DNA of 64,000 nt from Cycas panzhihuaensis (taxonomy: Eukaryota; Plantae; Cycadophyta), in NCBI GenBank assembly GCA_023213395.1, contig CM041465.1, positions 139,507,741-139,571,740 on the forward strand. The letters are read 5' to 3'. This document shows positions 1-13,589 of this stretch, in pieces. The notes beneath the pieces are model-generated. The model was not told the origin of the DNA and searched no databases. It was given only the letters and a program-made list of their open reading frames with translations. The position numbers were made by a program, and so were the translations under genes. How positions within the stretch are numbered: position 1 is the stretch's first letter; every line of letters starts with the position of its first letter.

Positions 1-1940
1 CACTTGGACTTACTAGGCAACTATCCTGCTACTCTAATCCTAAAAGATTCATGTGTCTTATATCTTGTTTTGGTGGATTTTCTCTCCAAGATACAATCTT
101 CTTTGAGAGGCTTCTCTCTTTCCAAATACAAGTCATCAACTAAAGGTAAAGTGAATTGGTCCTATTCCTTATCTAGCATGGAGGGCTTAAAGAGTTTTAA
201 ATATTCAACATTTACCACTGAATATATTTTCATATAAAGTGGAAGATCAAGTTGGAAAGCTTTGCCACCTACTTTTCCCAAAATTTTGAATGGTCCATAC
301 CTTATAGGTTTGAGTTTCTTGCCTTCTCCTTTCAACCTCTCCTTGCTCAAGTATAACCATACCAAATCTCCTTCTTAAAATGTACACTTTTTCCTATGCT
401 TGTCATGTCTTTCCTTATACTTTTCTTGAGTCCTTAAAATTTGATCATGTGCTTCTTTGTGTACTCTATGGATCTTCTCCAAGTATCTTAAAGCCTTGTC
501 ATGCCCCTCCTCTTTAGCAAATCCTTCCTTAGCTTATATGGAAAATTCTAAGTCAAATGGACTTTGAGGCAAGTATCCCAAACAAACTTTAAAAGTTACT
601 TTAGAGTGTGATGCATGCATTGCCCTATTAAATGCAAATTGTATAAAAGCCAATGATTTATCCCAAGCCTTTGGATGCTTCGAGTTGTATCCCCTCAATA
701 AATGTATCAAAGTTCTCTTCACTACTTCAGTTTGTCCATTTGTTTGAGGGTGAAAACTTGTACTCCTCTTCAATTTGGTGTCCATCATCTCCCATAGTGT
801 CTTTAAAAATAATTAAAGGAATCGAGTGTCCCAATCTAAAATAATGGAAGAAGGCAAGCCAAAATTCTTCTATACATGGTCAAAGAACAACTCAGTCGCC
901 CCTGTTCCTGTGATTGCCTTATTACAAGGTATTAAACATATCATTTTGCTGAACCTATCTACAACAACAAAGATATAGTCACATCCCTTTCTAGTCATAG
1001 GAATTTCCCCTAATAAATCTATGGAGATACTTTTCCAAGGCCTAGTAGGAATAGGAAGTGGTGTATACAATCCTAATTTTCTAGAAGAAGACTTAGAAGT
1101 ATTACACATTACACATCCTTTTATATATTTTCTTACATCATTTTTCATCTTTGGCCATACAAAATATCTTCTTAAGTTTGCTAAAGTCTTCTCTATATCA
1201 AGGTAACTAGCTGCTTTAGAAGTGTAGGCTTCTCTAAGCCACTTGATCTTGTCTCATTTTGACAGAAGATAGAGTTGCTTCCCTTTGAAAAGTAAACCAT
1301 CATTCCAAGCAAGTTGGGAAGGTCTTCTTTTTTCTTGGTTCTCCAATTCCTCCTTCAATAATTTATCTTTATGTTACAAGTCTTTCTACTCTTCATGATG
1401 CATTGGATCCACCTACAAACTCATAAGAGAACTACAAATAAAAGTAGTAGAAGAAGAAGTGGAATAAGGTGGTTTAGATAACATATCAATAATTTTGTTA
1501 GTAGATTCCTTTTTGTACTTAATTATAATATTGAATTATTGTAAATAACTCATACACTTCATGTGTCTTGCTTCTTATAATTTACTTTGGGTTTATAAAA
1601 ATTGAAGAGGCTTATGATTGGTATGAACTGCAACCTCTTTTCCAAGTAAGTAAGATCTCTAATGCTTGCATGCTTGATGTAATGTGAACATTTCCTAATC
1701 ATATATTAGGTAGTTTTTCACTTCAGAGGTGAAGGCTTCTGAATGGTAAGCAATAGGCTTCCCATCTTGAATAAGGACAACTCCCATTGTATTTCCACTT
1801 GCATCAGCTTCTACTTCTAAAGACCTTTGCAAATTTGGCATTGCCAAAATCGGTGATTCAACAGAAGAAAAGCTTATTCCTCCTTGGAACCCCAAGTAAA
1901 AGTTTTACTAACTTTTATCATTCCATGTAAAGGTGTTAGA
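1..1940 (-). pseudogene. Decayed Ty3/gypsy pol (RT-connection, RNase H, integrase, chromodomain-like tail); runs off the left edge
   Basis: Minus-strand fragments in gypsy order: SPILAMPNLQRSLEVEADASG..GVVLIQDGKPIAYHSE (RNase H), GCVMCN..PLPIPTRPWKSISIDL..VVVDRFSKM (integrase), STSFHPQTNGQTE, PIRYGPFKIL (GPY/F), then ILERKSTKTR..LPSKSKW. Many stops and frameshifts. Confidence 0.93.
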
Positions 1941-2524
1941 ATATTTGGAGGTGCTGGAATAGACAACACTATAAAAGATGCCCTAGTTTGTGAAAACGGG
2001 GCTACCAAAGTCAGTGAGTTACTATAGACTATACAAAGAAGAACTAAGCTATATGAAGCCCTAAACTACTTCAAAATTCCTTTATCAGGTACTAAGAGTG
2101 GGTGCAGGGCTCTTGCAAATGCCAGAGAAGGTGCATCAAGCAAAAATAATATAGAGTTGCCAAAAAACATGAAAAGAACTGAGAGAGATGGAGCTTGAGA
2201 GAGAGATATCTCACAAACAGATGGATGAAAAAATAAATCATCTTCACTACTAGCTGGAGCACTCAAACACAATCAGAATGAGTAGTCATATAACATAGTT
2301 CTAATCATTCTATAAGATGTTAGGCTGAGTTAAATACAAGTGGGCAATAGAGAACCAGGGCTCTAATAAACATATAAAAATGTATAATGAAAATAACAAT
2401 GTAAACAATAGTAAAACTTTAATATTTCTCAATAGATTATCATATACATACCATACAACATAAAATGATAGTTGTGAATCTCACATAAAAGTCAACCTGG
2501 CACTCTAAGTATTGCTGGATCTAT

Positions 2525-2536
2525 GCTCTGATACCA
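2525..2536 (-). promoter_or_regulatory. Primer binding site, tRNA-iMet
   Basis: GCTCTGATACCA is the reverse complement of the canonical TGGTATCAGAGC and lies 2 nt from the LTR TG. Confidence 0.95.
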
Positions 2537-2538
2537 AA

Positions 2539-2862
2539 TGAAGGTTTGAATTAAGGAGACAGAGAAGAGACATACATCAAGTAATCAACCCATTGTAGCA
2601 CAAATACAATAATCTTGTATTCAATCCATCTTTGACACAGTATTACAAAATGTTTGCTAAGGAGGTGGTGTTGATGAACACTAGTGTTTACAACTCCATA
2701 GCATAAATATTCGAGAGGAGGGTGGGAGTCCTCCTCAAACTTGAATTCAAATTATATTAAAATAATATAAAGCATAAATAAACAAACTTAACTTACTATT
2801 AACATACCCTTAAGCTATATGCACTTAAGGTGGGGGTTAGGTGATGAGCATTAACCCTAACA
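2539..2862 (-). mobile_element. 5' LTR (family A, 324 bp)
   Basis: TG..CA termini, adjacent PBS, and clear homology to the LTRs at 49915, 54815 and 56792 (tgaaggtttga..., caagtaatcaa, ttaaccctaaca). Confidence 0.9.
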
Positions 2863-3770
2863 CTCTACCTCCTCTCTCTCTACTGGCGATAGGGGCCTCT
2901 CCTACTACTCCTCTCTCTAATTTATTGATCTTATCATCACTCCACACTAGCAGCCCCTCATATATGTCTTGTATGAGCTACCTCCTAGTCATCCTACTTA
3001 ATAGAGGGCTATGTGTGCTCCTTGCCATGATAACTATCCTATTATGGATCTAAGCTCTTATGTGCCACTTGTTCATCCCTAGATCCATAATTATCAGCTC
3101 TGCTAGTACTCCTCTTAGGCTCATCAGAGGAATATAATTATACAACTAATACATAAGGATAGAGATATAAGAGAATCCTCCCATACCCTACCTCCTAATC
3201 TAGGATAACTAAAGGTACATACTATCTACTATGTATTATCCCTAATTTATCCACACTTCCTACTCACATCTCCTCGCCACCCCTACCCATTAAGTTAGAA
3301 CCCCCTTAAAGTTCTAGCTTTTAGCAATCCTAAATATGATTATAAGAGTGATGATCTTTTTTATAGGAAGAATCATCTTTGTTGTCTATATTACCTCGAT
3401 AGATATCCTATGGGTACCAAACTAGTCAATAAAACTAGTTAGGTACTGATTGTAGGTCATCTGAGACTCATCATCCACTACTCTACTAAGTCTCTCTAGG
3501 CTAACTCATTCTCAATATCCTCCCTATATCCCTTGTAGTGATCTGTAGGTCTTTAATTTCATGTACTCTAAAAACATTCTACCCTGAGACCCAATAGTTA
3601 ACAAAATAATGTAATATCTTATACTCTATTACTTGTTGTGTTAATTCACTCACCCTATATAAACTGCAAGCTTGTAACAAAGTCTAATTTACCTCATCCA
3701 ACTGACAATCTAGCTCTTTGATAGCTAATCCCTTATTTTCTTGCATATCTACCTACTCTAGAGGTTGCAT
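2863..3770 (-). pseudogene. Decayed aminotransferase-like plant mobile domain (PMD, MAIN/MAIL-like) ORF, antisense extra ORF of a Tat/Ogre-like element
   Basis: Manual translation from ATG at 3770 gives ..LLQACSLYRV..ILHYFVNYWVSG*NVFRVHEIKDLQITTRDIGRILRM.. and later IN*G*YIVDSMY..GGFSYISILMY*LYNYIP. These match the PMD patterns L.ALVERW...T.TFH....TITL.DV..ILGL and WG.A.LA.LY..L....GG...LLQ.W.YE. Confidence 0.65.
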
Positions 3771-4521
3771 CACAAAAAAAAATTACATCAGGTTCATATT
3801 TTTATATTATAAAATCTATAATTTTTAATTTCTTTCTTCTCAAGTCTAAAAATGCATCAAACCAGTTAAAATGTAATTATTCACTTAAAAATATAACTAC
3901 ACAGTCAAAGACACAATTTATTATCAAAAATGTGATTTCTTCATTTCAACTATTAAACTCTCTAATTGTATTTTTGATAACAACATCATATTTTTAGTTA
4001 TATTTTTATGTTTTTCATGCTAGAAAATCATGTTTTTGACTATAAAATTCAATTAAAAAGAAAAAAAAAAAGAAGTAAACTTATCGAATATCTGACTCCC
4101 TACTATATCCTACCAATGCCTATCTCTTGGAGTTGATGCCCCACTGACATAGCTCCATATTGCCTTAGAAAATGAAAGAAAAAGCCCTAAGATAGATTGA
4201 TTTTTTAACCCCCTCCTGTAAAAATAAAATTCAACATATCCATCTTTTTCTTAAAAAGGGAGGTTCTTTTTCTCTCTTTTCTAAGAAAGATTTTTTCTTT
4301 CATCCATTAGGCTTATCCAAGTGAATTCTATCCTTCTACAATCATTATTTTTTATTAAAATTGCTTCAAAATAGGGAAATGATTAATCTTTATCTATTAA
4401 GGTCAATTATTAACCTTAATATCCTTGTCTTCTATGGAGCTTTTTAGAGACTTGAATGCTACATCTCTTATTCATTTTCCTTTAGATTGACTCTTAGATT
4501 GGTTTCCAAAATGCTTTAACT

Positions 4522-4860
4522 CCTTTTACCTATTAAAGAGCCTAAACTATGATAGACAATTCTTTGAGCCCTTTTACCTATTAAAGAGCCTAAACTATGA
4601 TAGGGAATGCTCTTAAATCTGATTGTTGATGAGCTTAAATTATGATAATCAAGCTCTAAAGTCCTTCACCCCATTAATGAGTTTAAACTATGATGGAAGG
4701 CTCTAAAAGGTCACCTACTAATGAGTCAAAACTATGGTAGTCCTAAGACTCTGAAAAGTCACTTATTAATGAGCCCAAACACTATGACAGTCCATCCTTT
4801 ATACTCCAACAAAAGAAATTTCCTTCCAAGTAGGGTTAATAAGAGACAAACTATGACTAG
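4522..4860 (+). repeat. Degenerate tandem array, ~44-48 bp unit, core TAATGAGnnTAAACTATGAT, about 7 copies
   Basis: ccttttacctattaaagagcctaaactatgatag is exact at 4522 and 4570; decayed cores near 4627, 4675, 4719, 4767 and 4837. Confidence 0.8.
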
Positions 4861-5147
4861 TTATATTATTAAGTCTCATCCAGTTTGTCAGCATTTAGAA
4901 TTTCTTTTACATTGAGTGAATGAGAACCTAGTCCATTTGGGTAAGCTTTTAGGCAAGATATCTTTAACTTGTTATTGTAGAAAATTTGTTCAACTTGATT
5001 GTAGTTCTTTTATAAGTTAGTAAACCATCATTCATATACCTCATCTCATACCTTTCACTTAATAGAAAATCTTTCACCCTAATTATTGTCACCTTGCATG
5101 TCTTACTTCCTCGTTGAAGTAGGAGCTTTAGGTGTCAAGGGGGTAAA

Positions 5148-7432
5148 TATTTCATCAAAACCTAGCCCTTATCACTTTTAGTAGGTCTCTTATATTCTTT
5201 CATGTAAAAATGATTGGTTTAAGATTTGTTTCATTTGTATTAGGCCATGTTTTGATAAAATGTTATATTAATTTTATTAATGATGTATGTTGAATGATGA
5301 TGGATGTATTATTATACTATCTCTTATTGATGAGTGATAACTATGGCATTAAATCTCTTTTCATGATCATTCTTATTTATTTCTGCCTTTAAAACATCTT
5401 GTTTCATATTTTTATCTTAATTTCACCCCTAAATTATCTTTTTAATCAATTTTTGGGCTCATGCTTATTATTTTCATCCTTTTTTGGGCTATTTTTCTCA
5501 TTGATAAAGTCATTTGTGCTAAAATTTATCAACAAAAAACATTCTTTGACTTTTTAACAAGTCATTTTTATCTCCTAATTCATCATATTTTTAGTCCTCC
5601 CAAAAATACAATTGATTGCATTTTATGAAGAAAGTCACATTTTTTGTTGTTCATGAAATGTGATTAGTTATGTTTTTTACTATTATATATGCAAAATTTT
5701 CTGGTGTACTAATCTTTTATATGTTGCTATCTAGATTTAGTGGAAACCTACCCTATTCATGCCCAGAACTCATGGAAACCCTATTGTATCCTATCATTTA
5801 AAGTTTGTGGTATTAGAGATCAAGTTTTTAAAAGTGCTTCTTGAGATTTTTTGAGAGATTTTACTACTACTATTTGAAAAAACTTGTTTGAAGAAAAGAA
5901 AGGGTGAAGTCATGAGAAAGAATTTAGAGCTTTGGTTGTTGTTTTACTTCTGCTTAGATTTCAATAATTGCTACTTCTCAAAATACTCAAATTCTTGCAA
6001 ATTTTTTAGCTTCAAACTTCTTTTCTTCCTAGTAAGATCTTTCTTACTATGGACTCTTACAATTCTTCTATTCTTTTATGACTATTTGGGCTCAAAATCT
6101 TTCCTCTCTTCTTGGTGATATTTGAAGTACCCTTGTATTCTTTTTCTTCATTAGAAATATAGTTGAAAGGTCAACCATTTATGGGATAAAAAGGGGGTAG
6201 TCTATTATGAAGAATAATTATCTTCACTGAGAGGATAACTACTCTCTCATATTCTTTCTCAATTGTCCAAATTCCCTAGAGGTCTATTTTCATCTTCATT
6301 TATTTGTGGCTACCATTGAGTCTATTATTCTTAAATTTCCTTTTTTCCTTTATTGGTTTTAACGAAAAATTTGAAGAGGTTTGATCACATGAAAGAAAGA
6401 AGACCATTCTAATGTAGGAGTTCATTATAGACTAGAAATTATAAGAAGTTGTTAGTATTATTCTTGTTTGACTTCATTCCTTTTATTTCTCTCTTATAGT
6501 TTCAAGAAAAGTTATATGTATGGATGGTATACATTTTCTATGATCAAAGTGCATGGGATTTAAGGATCCTATGGTCTCCAAAAGACTCCATTTATGATAG
6601 AATCTCTCTTTTTAGTCTATTACTTATTTCTGGATGATGCCTTGATTATGATTGATTGCATGCAATCTTTGTGATCTAAATATCATTCATTATAGAAGAA
6701 ATATATCTTTGAAATCTATCTTTTCCTCTTGGAATCGTTCTCCAAAAATAAAATAGTATGTAATTGAAATGAAAGTTTCATATAAATATTACATTTTATT
6801 GGTTCTCTTATTGATTTTCATACATAGTTGTATGTTACGCTAGTTGCATTTTATGTTTGTCTTTCTCATTAAAAAAATGTGTTTTACATCTAGAGAAAAT
6901 ATTTTCTTTTTTCATTCTTAGTGTGCTTCATTTTATTAAAAAAAAAAAAAAATATTGCATGTGTGTTTAGTTTTCTTATTTTTGTATTAAAAAGAAGGTG
7001 GATAGGTCTTGTAGTTTCATTATTTATTCTTATGATTTCATTTCATTTAAATAAAAAAAAAAGAGAGAGAGAGAGAGAGAACCCTCTCATCACTTAGCCC
7101 TTTTCCTTCATTTTAGTAAAACTCAAAAGGTTGAAAAAATGGGAGAAAAGGAGTCCTTAGGAAGGACATAAGATACATTATCAGCATAATCCTAAATTTA
7201 GAACTCCTCCATGCTATTGTGTAGGATAATATATTCAATCACCTCCCTTATATCCTAAGCTTTAGTTACCTCATTCATATCTTAATTAAATGACATAATT
7301 AGGTGGATACTCCTTCTTAGGAGTTGGAAAACATGGTCCCTTAGGTTCTCTTATGTTTTTTATCGCTTAGCTTTAACTTGAAATAGAGAAAACATACTAC
7401 TAGTTAAGAGATATTTAATTTAGGTGTAATCA
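5148..7432 (+). mobile_element. Probable long 3' LTR of a Tat/Ogre-like element
   Basis: Preceded by PPT aagggggtaaa (5137-5147), similar to aagggggcaa before the LTR at 24935. Starts TATTTC (TG>TA) and ends ggtgtaatCA, similar to ggagtgatctCA at 27451. The partner LTR is outside the window, so the boundaries are inferred. Confidence 0.5.
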
Positions 7433-7559
7433 AAGCATGCCAACCCTATTCTGTCTATCTAGCCCTGATTTAAAAAATATACTTCTATCTTACTGATCCC
7501 ATTTCCTTATATCCTTTTCTTTTTAAACGTGTACTACTTCTTATAATTCCCTTCTTTCT

Positions 7560-9568
7560 ACATGATGACTCTTACATCTTAAATAGAAGTCATTCTTATA
7601 TTAGAAACTGAGTTTGAAAATCTTAAAAAGAAGTAAAGGTTGACATGTCTTCTCTTGCATATAAGTTAGATGATATTGTAATATTGAATCAAATGGCTTA
7701 AATGTTAGTGTAATCATCATAATCTAATTCTCAGTCTATAAGTAGCACATCTCTAGTATAATAGCCAAGTAACCTACCTCTATGCTAGTTATAACTTCAA
7801 TAGAAGATTAGTATTTCTACCTTCAATATAGATTTGAATAGAGACAAAATTCACACATGGATAAGTAAACTAGAATTTAGCTTCTCTCTTAACCTAATAA
7901 CTAAAGAGAAATAACTAACATTTGAATCTATTCATATAGAAGGTTGACCATATCATTGTTTTAGTTGGCAGTAATGGAAGTACTTGACAACTTGGATATG
8001 GACATATTTCTTTGTCTTTTTTAAAATCAGTATGAAGAAATTTAGAACTAATCTTTCTTCAATAAACTTTTAAGATTGAAATAGGTATCATCAGTTGAAG
8101 ATTATATGAATGAATTTCAAAACTTATAGAATCACATCTCCCAAAGATTGTAAAAGCAAACCTAGTTTGATACGTATATCATGGGCTTGAAAGAGCACAT
8201 CTAAATGCACCTAAAAACCTTGAAATTTTAAATCTTAAATATGTGATATAAATGACCAAAGTAATTGAGGTAGAATTCTTAATAGAAAGAACATCTTTTA
8301 TTAGTGAGATTTTACATGAGATCAATAACCATGATAGGATAATTTTCAATATTAATAATCCTAGGTAAATGACTCACAAGGACCTACTATAGAGTGGACT
8401 TTATAAAAACTCATGAATAAGCCAATCCAAGTCCTACCAATAGAAGAAGACAAGCATAGTACAACTAATCTTTGTATCCAATGCTTAAAAAATTTTACAC
8501 CTAGACATGGTAAAGTTTGTAAAGCTGAGAAAATAGTCTTCATAATTAATCCTAGCCTATCCTTGAAAGAATACTTTGATTGTAAATAAAAAATTTATAA
8601 ATAACCTCATCCAAAACCCCTCTCAACTTTAGAATTAGAATTATCCTTATCTATAGTAACCTCCTCTTTATGCTTTGAACCATTACATATTACAGGAACA
8701 CTTAAGAAAATACTTGCTACTATTTAAATCCATGGTGGCGCATCACTAAACTTCATTGATATTTCCTTGGCTAAGTAATTAAATCTTTATATTATCCCAA
8801 AAACTAGATTTATATGTTCCTTGTCCACTCACTACAAACTTCATTGTGCTAGAACAATCATGAACCTTATCATCTAAATTAGTACTAATAGGTTGGTCTT
8901 TGATTTTTATGCCTTGCCTATCAACAGATAAGATATTATTCTTAAAATTTAGTGGCTCCAAACTTTAGGTATATATACCATAAGTAACTCCCCTAACATT
9001 TCATTTATTTTATTTAAGGACCATATGGAACAAACCCATAAACTTCATGGGATATAACTTCCACCTAATAAACTAATTTTAACAAACCAAATAAGGAAAT
9101 AACTATATAACTAAGTATGCTATATTATACGTATCAATAATATTCAAACATATATAGACATTCACCTAGATATCTAGCATATTCTTAATAAATATTAAGC
9201 CATTGTAGCCCCCCTATATATTGGTCCCCCACTAGATAATGGGTGTTACTACACCATCAAGCTAAAAAATCTCCATGACCCTATCACTCTTCGACCCTAT
9301 AGAAATTCCTATTTTCAAAAGAATGAGATAGAAAAATTATTGATGTACTAATATAAATGAGGGTAAGTTAACCCAATAAAATCCTATTAGTTTGAAGAAA
9401 AAATGGCTCATTTAGGCTATGTATCAATTATTATAAACTTAATAAAATAACCATAAAAAATAAGTTCCCCATTCCATGAATGATAATATATTAAATAAGA
9501 TTCATGGTGTTACCATCTTTACCAAGTTGAATATCTAATTAAGATATTATCAAATCTCCATTGCACCT
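7560..9568 (+). pseudogene. Chromovirus gag, protease and N-terminal RT (decayed)
   Basis: Protease-like I*IHGGASLNFID near 8720; RPYRNSYFQKNEIEK near 9295; INYYKLNKITIKNKFPIP* and IFTKLNI*LRYYQI in RT. Confidence 0.85.
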
Positions 9569-10870
9569 TGTTTCCCATTTTCTGAGAATGGTATTGATAT
9601 AGTGACATAAGTAAGCATAGGTGCACATCTTCACCTTTATCATCCATTGCCTTTATTATATTATTTTGGTTTATTCGATGTACTGATTGGTTAGTAGACA
9701 TGTGCTTGCTTACATGATTGGATTGCATGTACCCCATTTTTTATGTTGATAATGACTAGGATTCTAGTCTAATGGCCTTAGAGCCCCTATGTCAGTCTCC
9801 TAGTTGGAAAAGGGACCTCTCCACACCACTGCAACTTGCTTTTTAGACCCGTCCTTATTTGTTTGGCCATGTTTCTTCTCTATAACCATTGGTCACTCCT
9901 CATTTTAGGCTTTAGGATTAACTTTGAGGAGTTAGAGTAGCCTTAGGATAGGGTTTAGGCCCCTTTTACCGATTCTGCTACCGTACCATTACCTTTTTTG
10001 GTATAGGAAATGGTACCATAGAGTAATTCATGGTACCATAGATATATCTATGGTACAACATATTTATCTATAGTATGACTATTATGAGTCTCAACCGCAT
10101 TTCCAATGGTTAAACAACTTTTTTGCCACCTTGTTTAATGGGCCCAGCATACCACATTAGCACAAGTCAGCTCACCATAATCTTGGGGACCTCATTGGAC
10201 CTCTGATAATATTTTTTATTCAATTTTTCTTAAGATTTAACGATCCCCTCCTTAGCTTGATCCATGGTTTTGGGTAGTGGTTTCTCCATATTATGGGCAT
10301 AAAACCATCACCCTCCACACCTTATTTTCTTCTATAAAACCCCTCAAGTTTGAGGGTATGAGATCTTGGATCTTTTATTCTTCTCATAGCAATGAAATGT
10401 TTCTAGAATTTGATCTCAACACTCTTTTGTCTTTCATGTAACTTCCATGCTTTGAAGCTAATATGATGACTTTGGAGATCAATCCCAAGACCAAGTAAGG
10501 AGGCATTGGAGATATACTCATTGAATGGCCATTAACTTCTCACCTCTTCAATGGCTTGGACATACCCCTCCTACCTTGTTTTCTTGATTGTGTGACTCCT
10601 TTCATCCTTTTCATGTGTCTTTCTTTACCAAGTTATATAGGTAGAGATGCATGGATTAGTAGTTTCTCTCTTGTTGTGATTATAGAAGATAGGGTTTGAA
10701 TTTGCATGATCCCTTCTTCCCTTTTGCTTATATATTCACTAAGTTGTAGTGTTTTGTTAGAGAGGTTTCCTTTAATACAACTAGGGAAACCAATTATGCA
10801 AGGGAAGTTGTGCCATTCTAAGATACCTTTTCCCCTTCTTATCTCACGTTAGTTACTATTGCCATTTCAC

Positions 10871-10935
<65 letters not shown>

Positions 10936-12126
10936 TGTTACCTATTTATATTGACTCACTTTTATGCAAATAGGCTTTAGAAGATTGTTACGGTAGCTCT
11001 CTCTCTCTCCCTCTAGTGCTAACTTATAGGAACACGAGAGGAAGCACACCCTTCAACACTTATATAAGGGTTTGGAGCTACGGTGTATCTTGATAAGGTA
11101 AGCATCCACATCTTTTTATACTTATAATTTCTTTACTATTATATATCCTTCCTTTGTTGATCTTCATTTGTTATCCTTTTATTTGGGGCAGGTAAGTGGA
11201 TCCTCTTACTCTACTTCAAAGTAATAATGCGAGCATATGATGGGAGGATGAGGAGAGATAAAGAGGAGGGATGCTTCTAACCACCAACCAAATCCTGGTG
11301 AACTTCCTCCCCTTTTTCTCATCATTATTTTATTTTTTATTAGTATATCTCACTCTACTCCCTATTATGGAATCTCTTTCCCCCCTATTTTTAAAAGTTT
11401 TTAGGATGTATCATTATTTAAGGAGAAAATATGGGAATCAGAAAGGGTTTTAACATAATAGAGAATAGAGAAAAATTAATATATAAGAAGGAAAGTTAGT
11501 CTTCATTTTTTCCTTTTCTAAATAAAGGGATTGAAAGCAAGGATTTCATAGGGTTAAGGTGAGGGTTTTATATAGGAAAATATCTCTTACCTTTTCCCCC
11601 TTATCTCCCCTTTAATTACACTCTTTGTTTATTTTCTTTATTTGGTATGTATGCCTTTGCTTAGAAAAAAGAAAGAGAAAGAGTGTTAAAGCAAAGGAGA
11701 GTGGGGCTATTTACTTATTTTGTCTTTTTCTTTTTTACCTTTTCCTCTTGTTCTAACTAATCTAACAATGAATTCAAACCTTACCTTTCATTGTTCTACC
11801 AAGTGGGATTATGCCCATTTAGCCCCATCACCCTTCTCTCTCCTTTTCTCCTTTCTTGTCTACTATGTTGTTCCCTCAATAGGGAAGCTTACCTAATCAT
11901 AGTATTAAGGGGAAAGAGGGCACATCCCTATCCACTTATTCCTCTAAAACCTTAAATAAAAGGAAGAGGACCACACCCACATATCCCAAATCCATACCCA
12001 AGAGGTGCACAAGCACCCTACATGGGCCACCTAGGACTCCATTACACCCCATTCTAGGTCCCACACCCCAGGCCTAGTTCTTCTTAGTATTGGTTATCTT
12101 AGGTATCCCTAGTAGGAGTGATCTTA
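9569..12126 (+). mobile_element. 5' LTR of the Tat-like element (~2.56 kb)
   Basis: Colinear with 24935-27451 along its length; TG start, ends gatctTA (CA>TA), followed by the PBS. Confidence 0.93.
10877..10932. repeat. (TA)n microsatellite inside the 5' Tat LTR
   Basis: Read directly. Confidence 0.95.
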
Positions 12127-12127
12127 T

Positions 12128-12146
12128 TGGTGACCATACTGGGGAC
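12128..12146 (+). promoter_or_regulatory. PBS of Tat/Ogre type (tRNA-Arg-like, decayed)
   Basis: TGGTGACCATACTGGGGAC resembles the TGGCGACTCCACTGGGGA-type PBS and lies 1 nt after the LTR. Confidence 0.75.
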
Positions 12147-13589
12147 ACATTGATTAGAATGCCTTACGTTTTCTTTGGCTTTATTTCACACCTTCTCCCT
12201 TGTATAGGGCATATTAGGGTATCATTTATAGATCCTTTATTGCCTCATTTCTTTTTTCTTCTCTCTACTTCTTTAAGTAGATTAGTTTACCTGCATATGC
12301 AACATTTCTTATATTGCTTACATGGCTTACCTCTAGTCAAAGTAGATCCTACTTATTCTCCTATTCCCTTATCTAACCGAAAGCCACCAATGGAGGGATA
12401 TCCTTTTGATTAAGCTAATGACCCTTGTGCTTCAAATTGGCCTCATCTAGAGGCCCTTTCCTCTCAACATGATCCTACCCAAGCTGGTAAAGATCTTATT
12501 TATTACCATACCAAATCAGTTGAAGGTTATCAAGACCCTCAACCATTCCCTATGCACATCATAGGAATCTTTCAATTTAGGGACCCTGCTCCATACCCTA
12601 AGGGGGTCCTTACATCTTATCCTTCATATTCTAGTTATCGAGGAGAACTTTATACCTCCTATGACCAATCTGATACTCCTCATAGGGATGTGGTTGATGC
12701 CCTCAGGGAGTGCTTTGAAGTTGTTATCATGCAACCACCCCCTAAGTGGTTGCAATAGTTCCTCTAAACTTTGGCATCCCCATCTTCCATCACTCTCCCT
12801 CCTTCATCCCTTCCTTCTACTCCCTCTACCCTCTAAGAAGCAATGCCAATAGGGCATGTTCCTACATGTGTTTCTTTAGGGTAATTGATCATTTCAGGTA
12901 CACAAACCTCTTAAGAAAGGCTAAGCATACCTTCACTTCCAACTAACATACCCCAACCCATTACTATACCAACTCCTCTTTTTCCTTTAATCGTACCCCT
13001 TCCTCCATGCCATGTGGGATGAGGCATGGCTATCATCCATCCATAACCACAAATTATGATACTTTACTCCATGTTCTCCTGTGGTACACATATTAACCCT
13101 GGAGGCATGGAGGATCAAATCCCCTTCCCACATATAAAGTTAATCCCCTTCATCCCTATGGGATCGCCCATCCCCTTAGGGGTCCATATGATCAAAACCC
13201 CATTACATATCCTCCATTTTTTTAACCTTGTTCTATGCCTCACATAGGCTTTTCCTCATACATCCACACATATGCTCCCATGGGAGCATATACTCAACCC
13301 TTACCCTCTTATGCATCATGTCCCCGAAGTGTGGCAAGACCCTTTTGCTCACCTCCTCATTTGGTGTTTCTCCAATTGGGGGTTGTATACCCTTGTTCAT
13401 TGGGAGGGGTAGCCTATCCTCCTACTTCCTATGCCCCTTATCAATAAGGGCATCACCTTTATGATGCCCACCCTTATTTTCCATATGCTTAGGGTGGGCA
13501 TCCCTATGCTACATTCTCTTATACCCAGGTTGACTTATTAATCTAACCATGGCTCATCCCTTTGTTGATTACCAACCAACCCCATTATA

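Noticed and set aside
4522-4860. CRISPR-like repeat-spacer pattern
   Set aside because: Repeats are degenerate, the intervening parts are related to each other, there are no cas genes, and the context is a eukaryotic retrotransposon UTR.
11271-11453. Similar small ORFs at 11271 and 26609 (FRMYHYLRRKY)
   Set aside because: The similarity reflects the two LTR copies; the upstream frames differ, so there is no sign of coding constraint.
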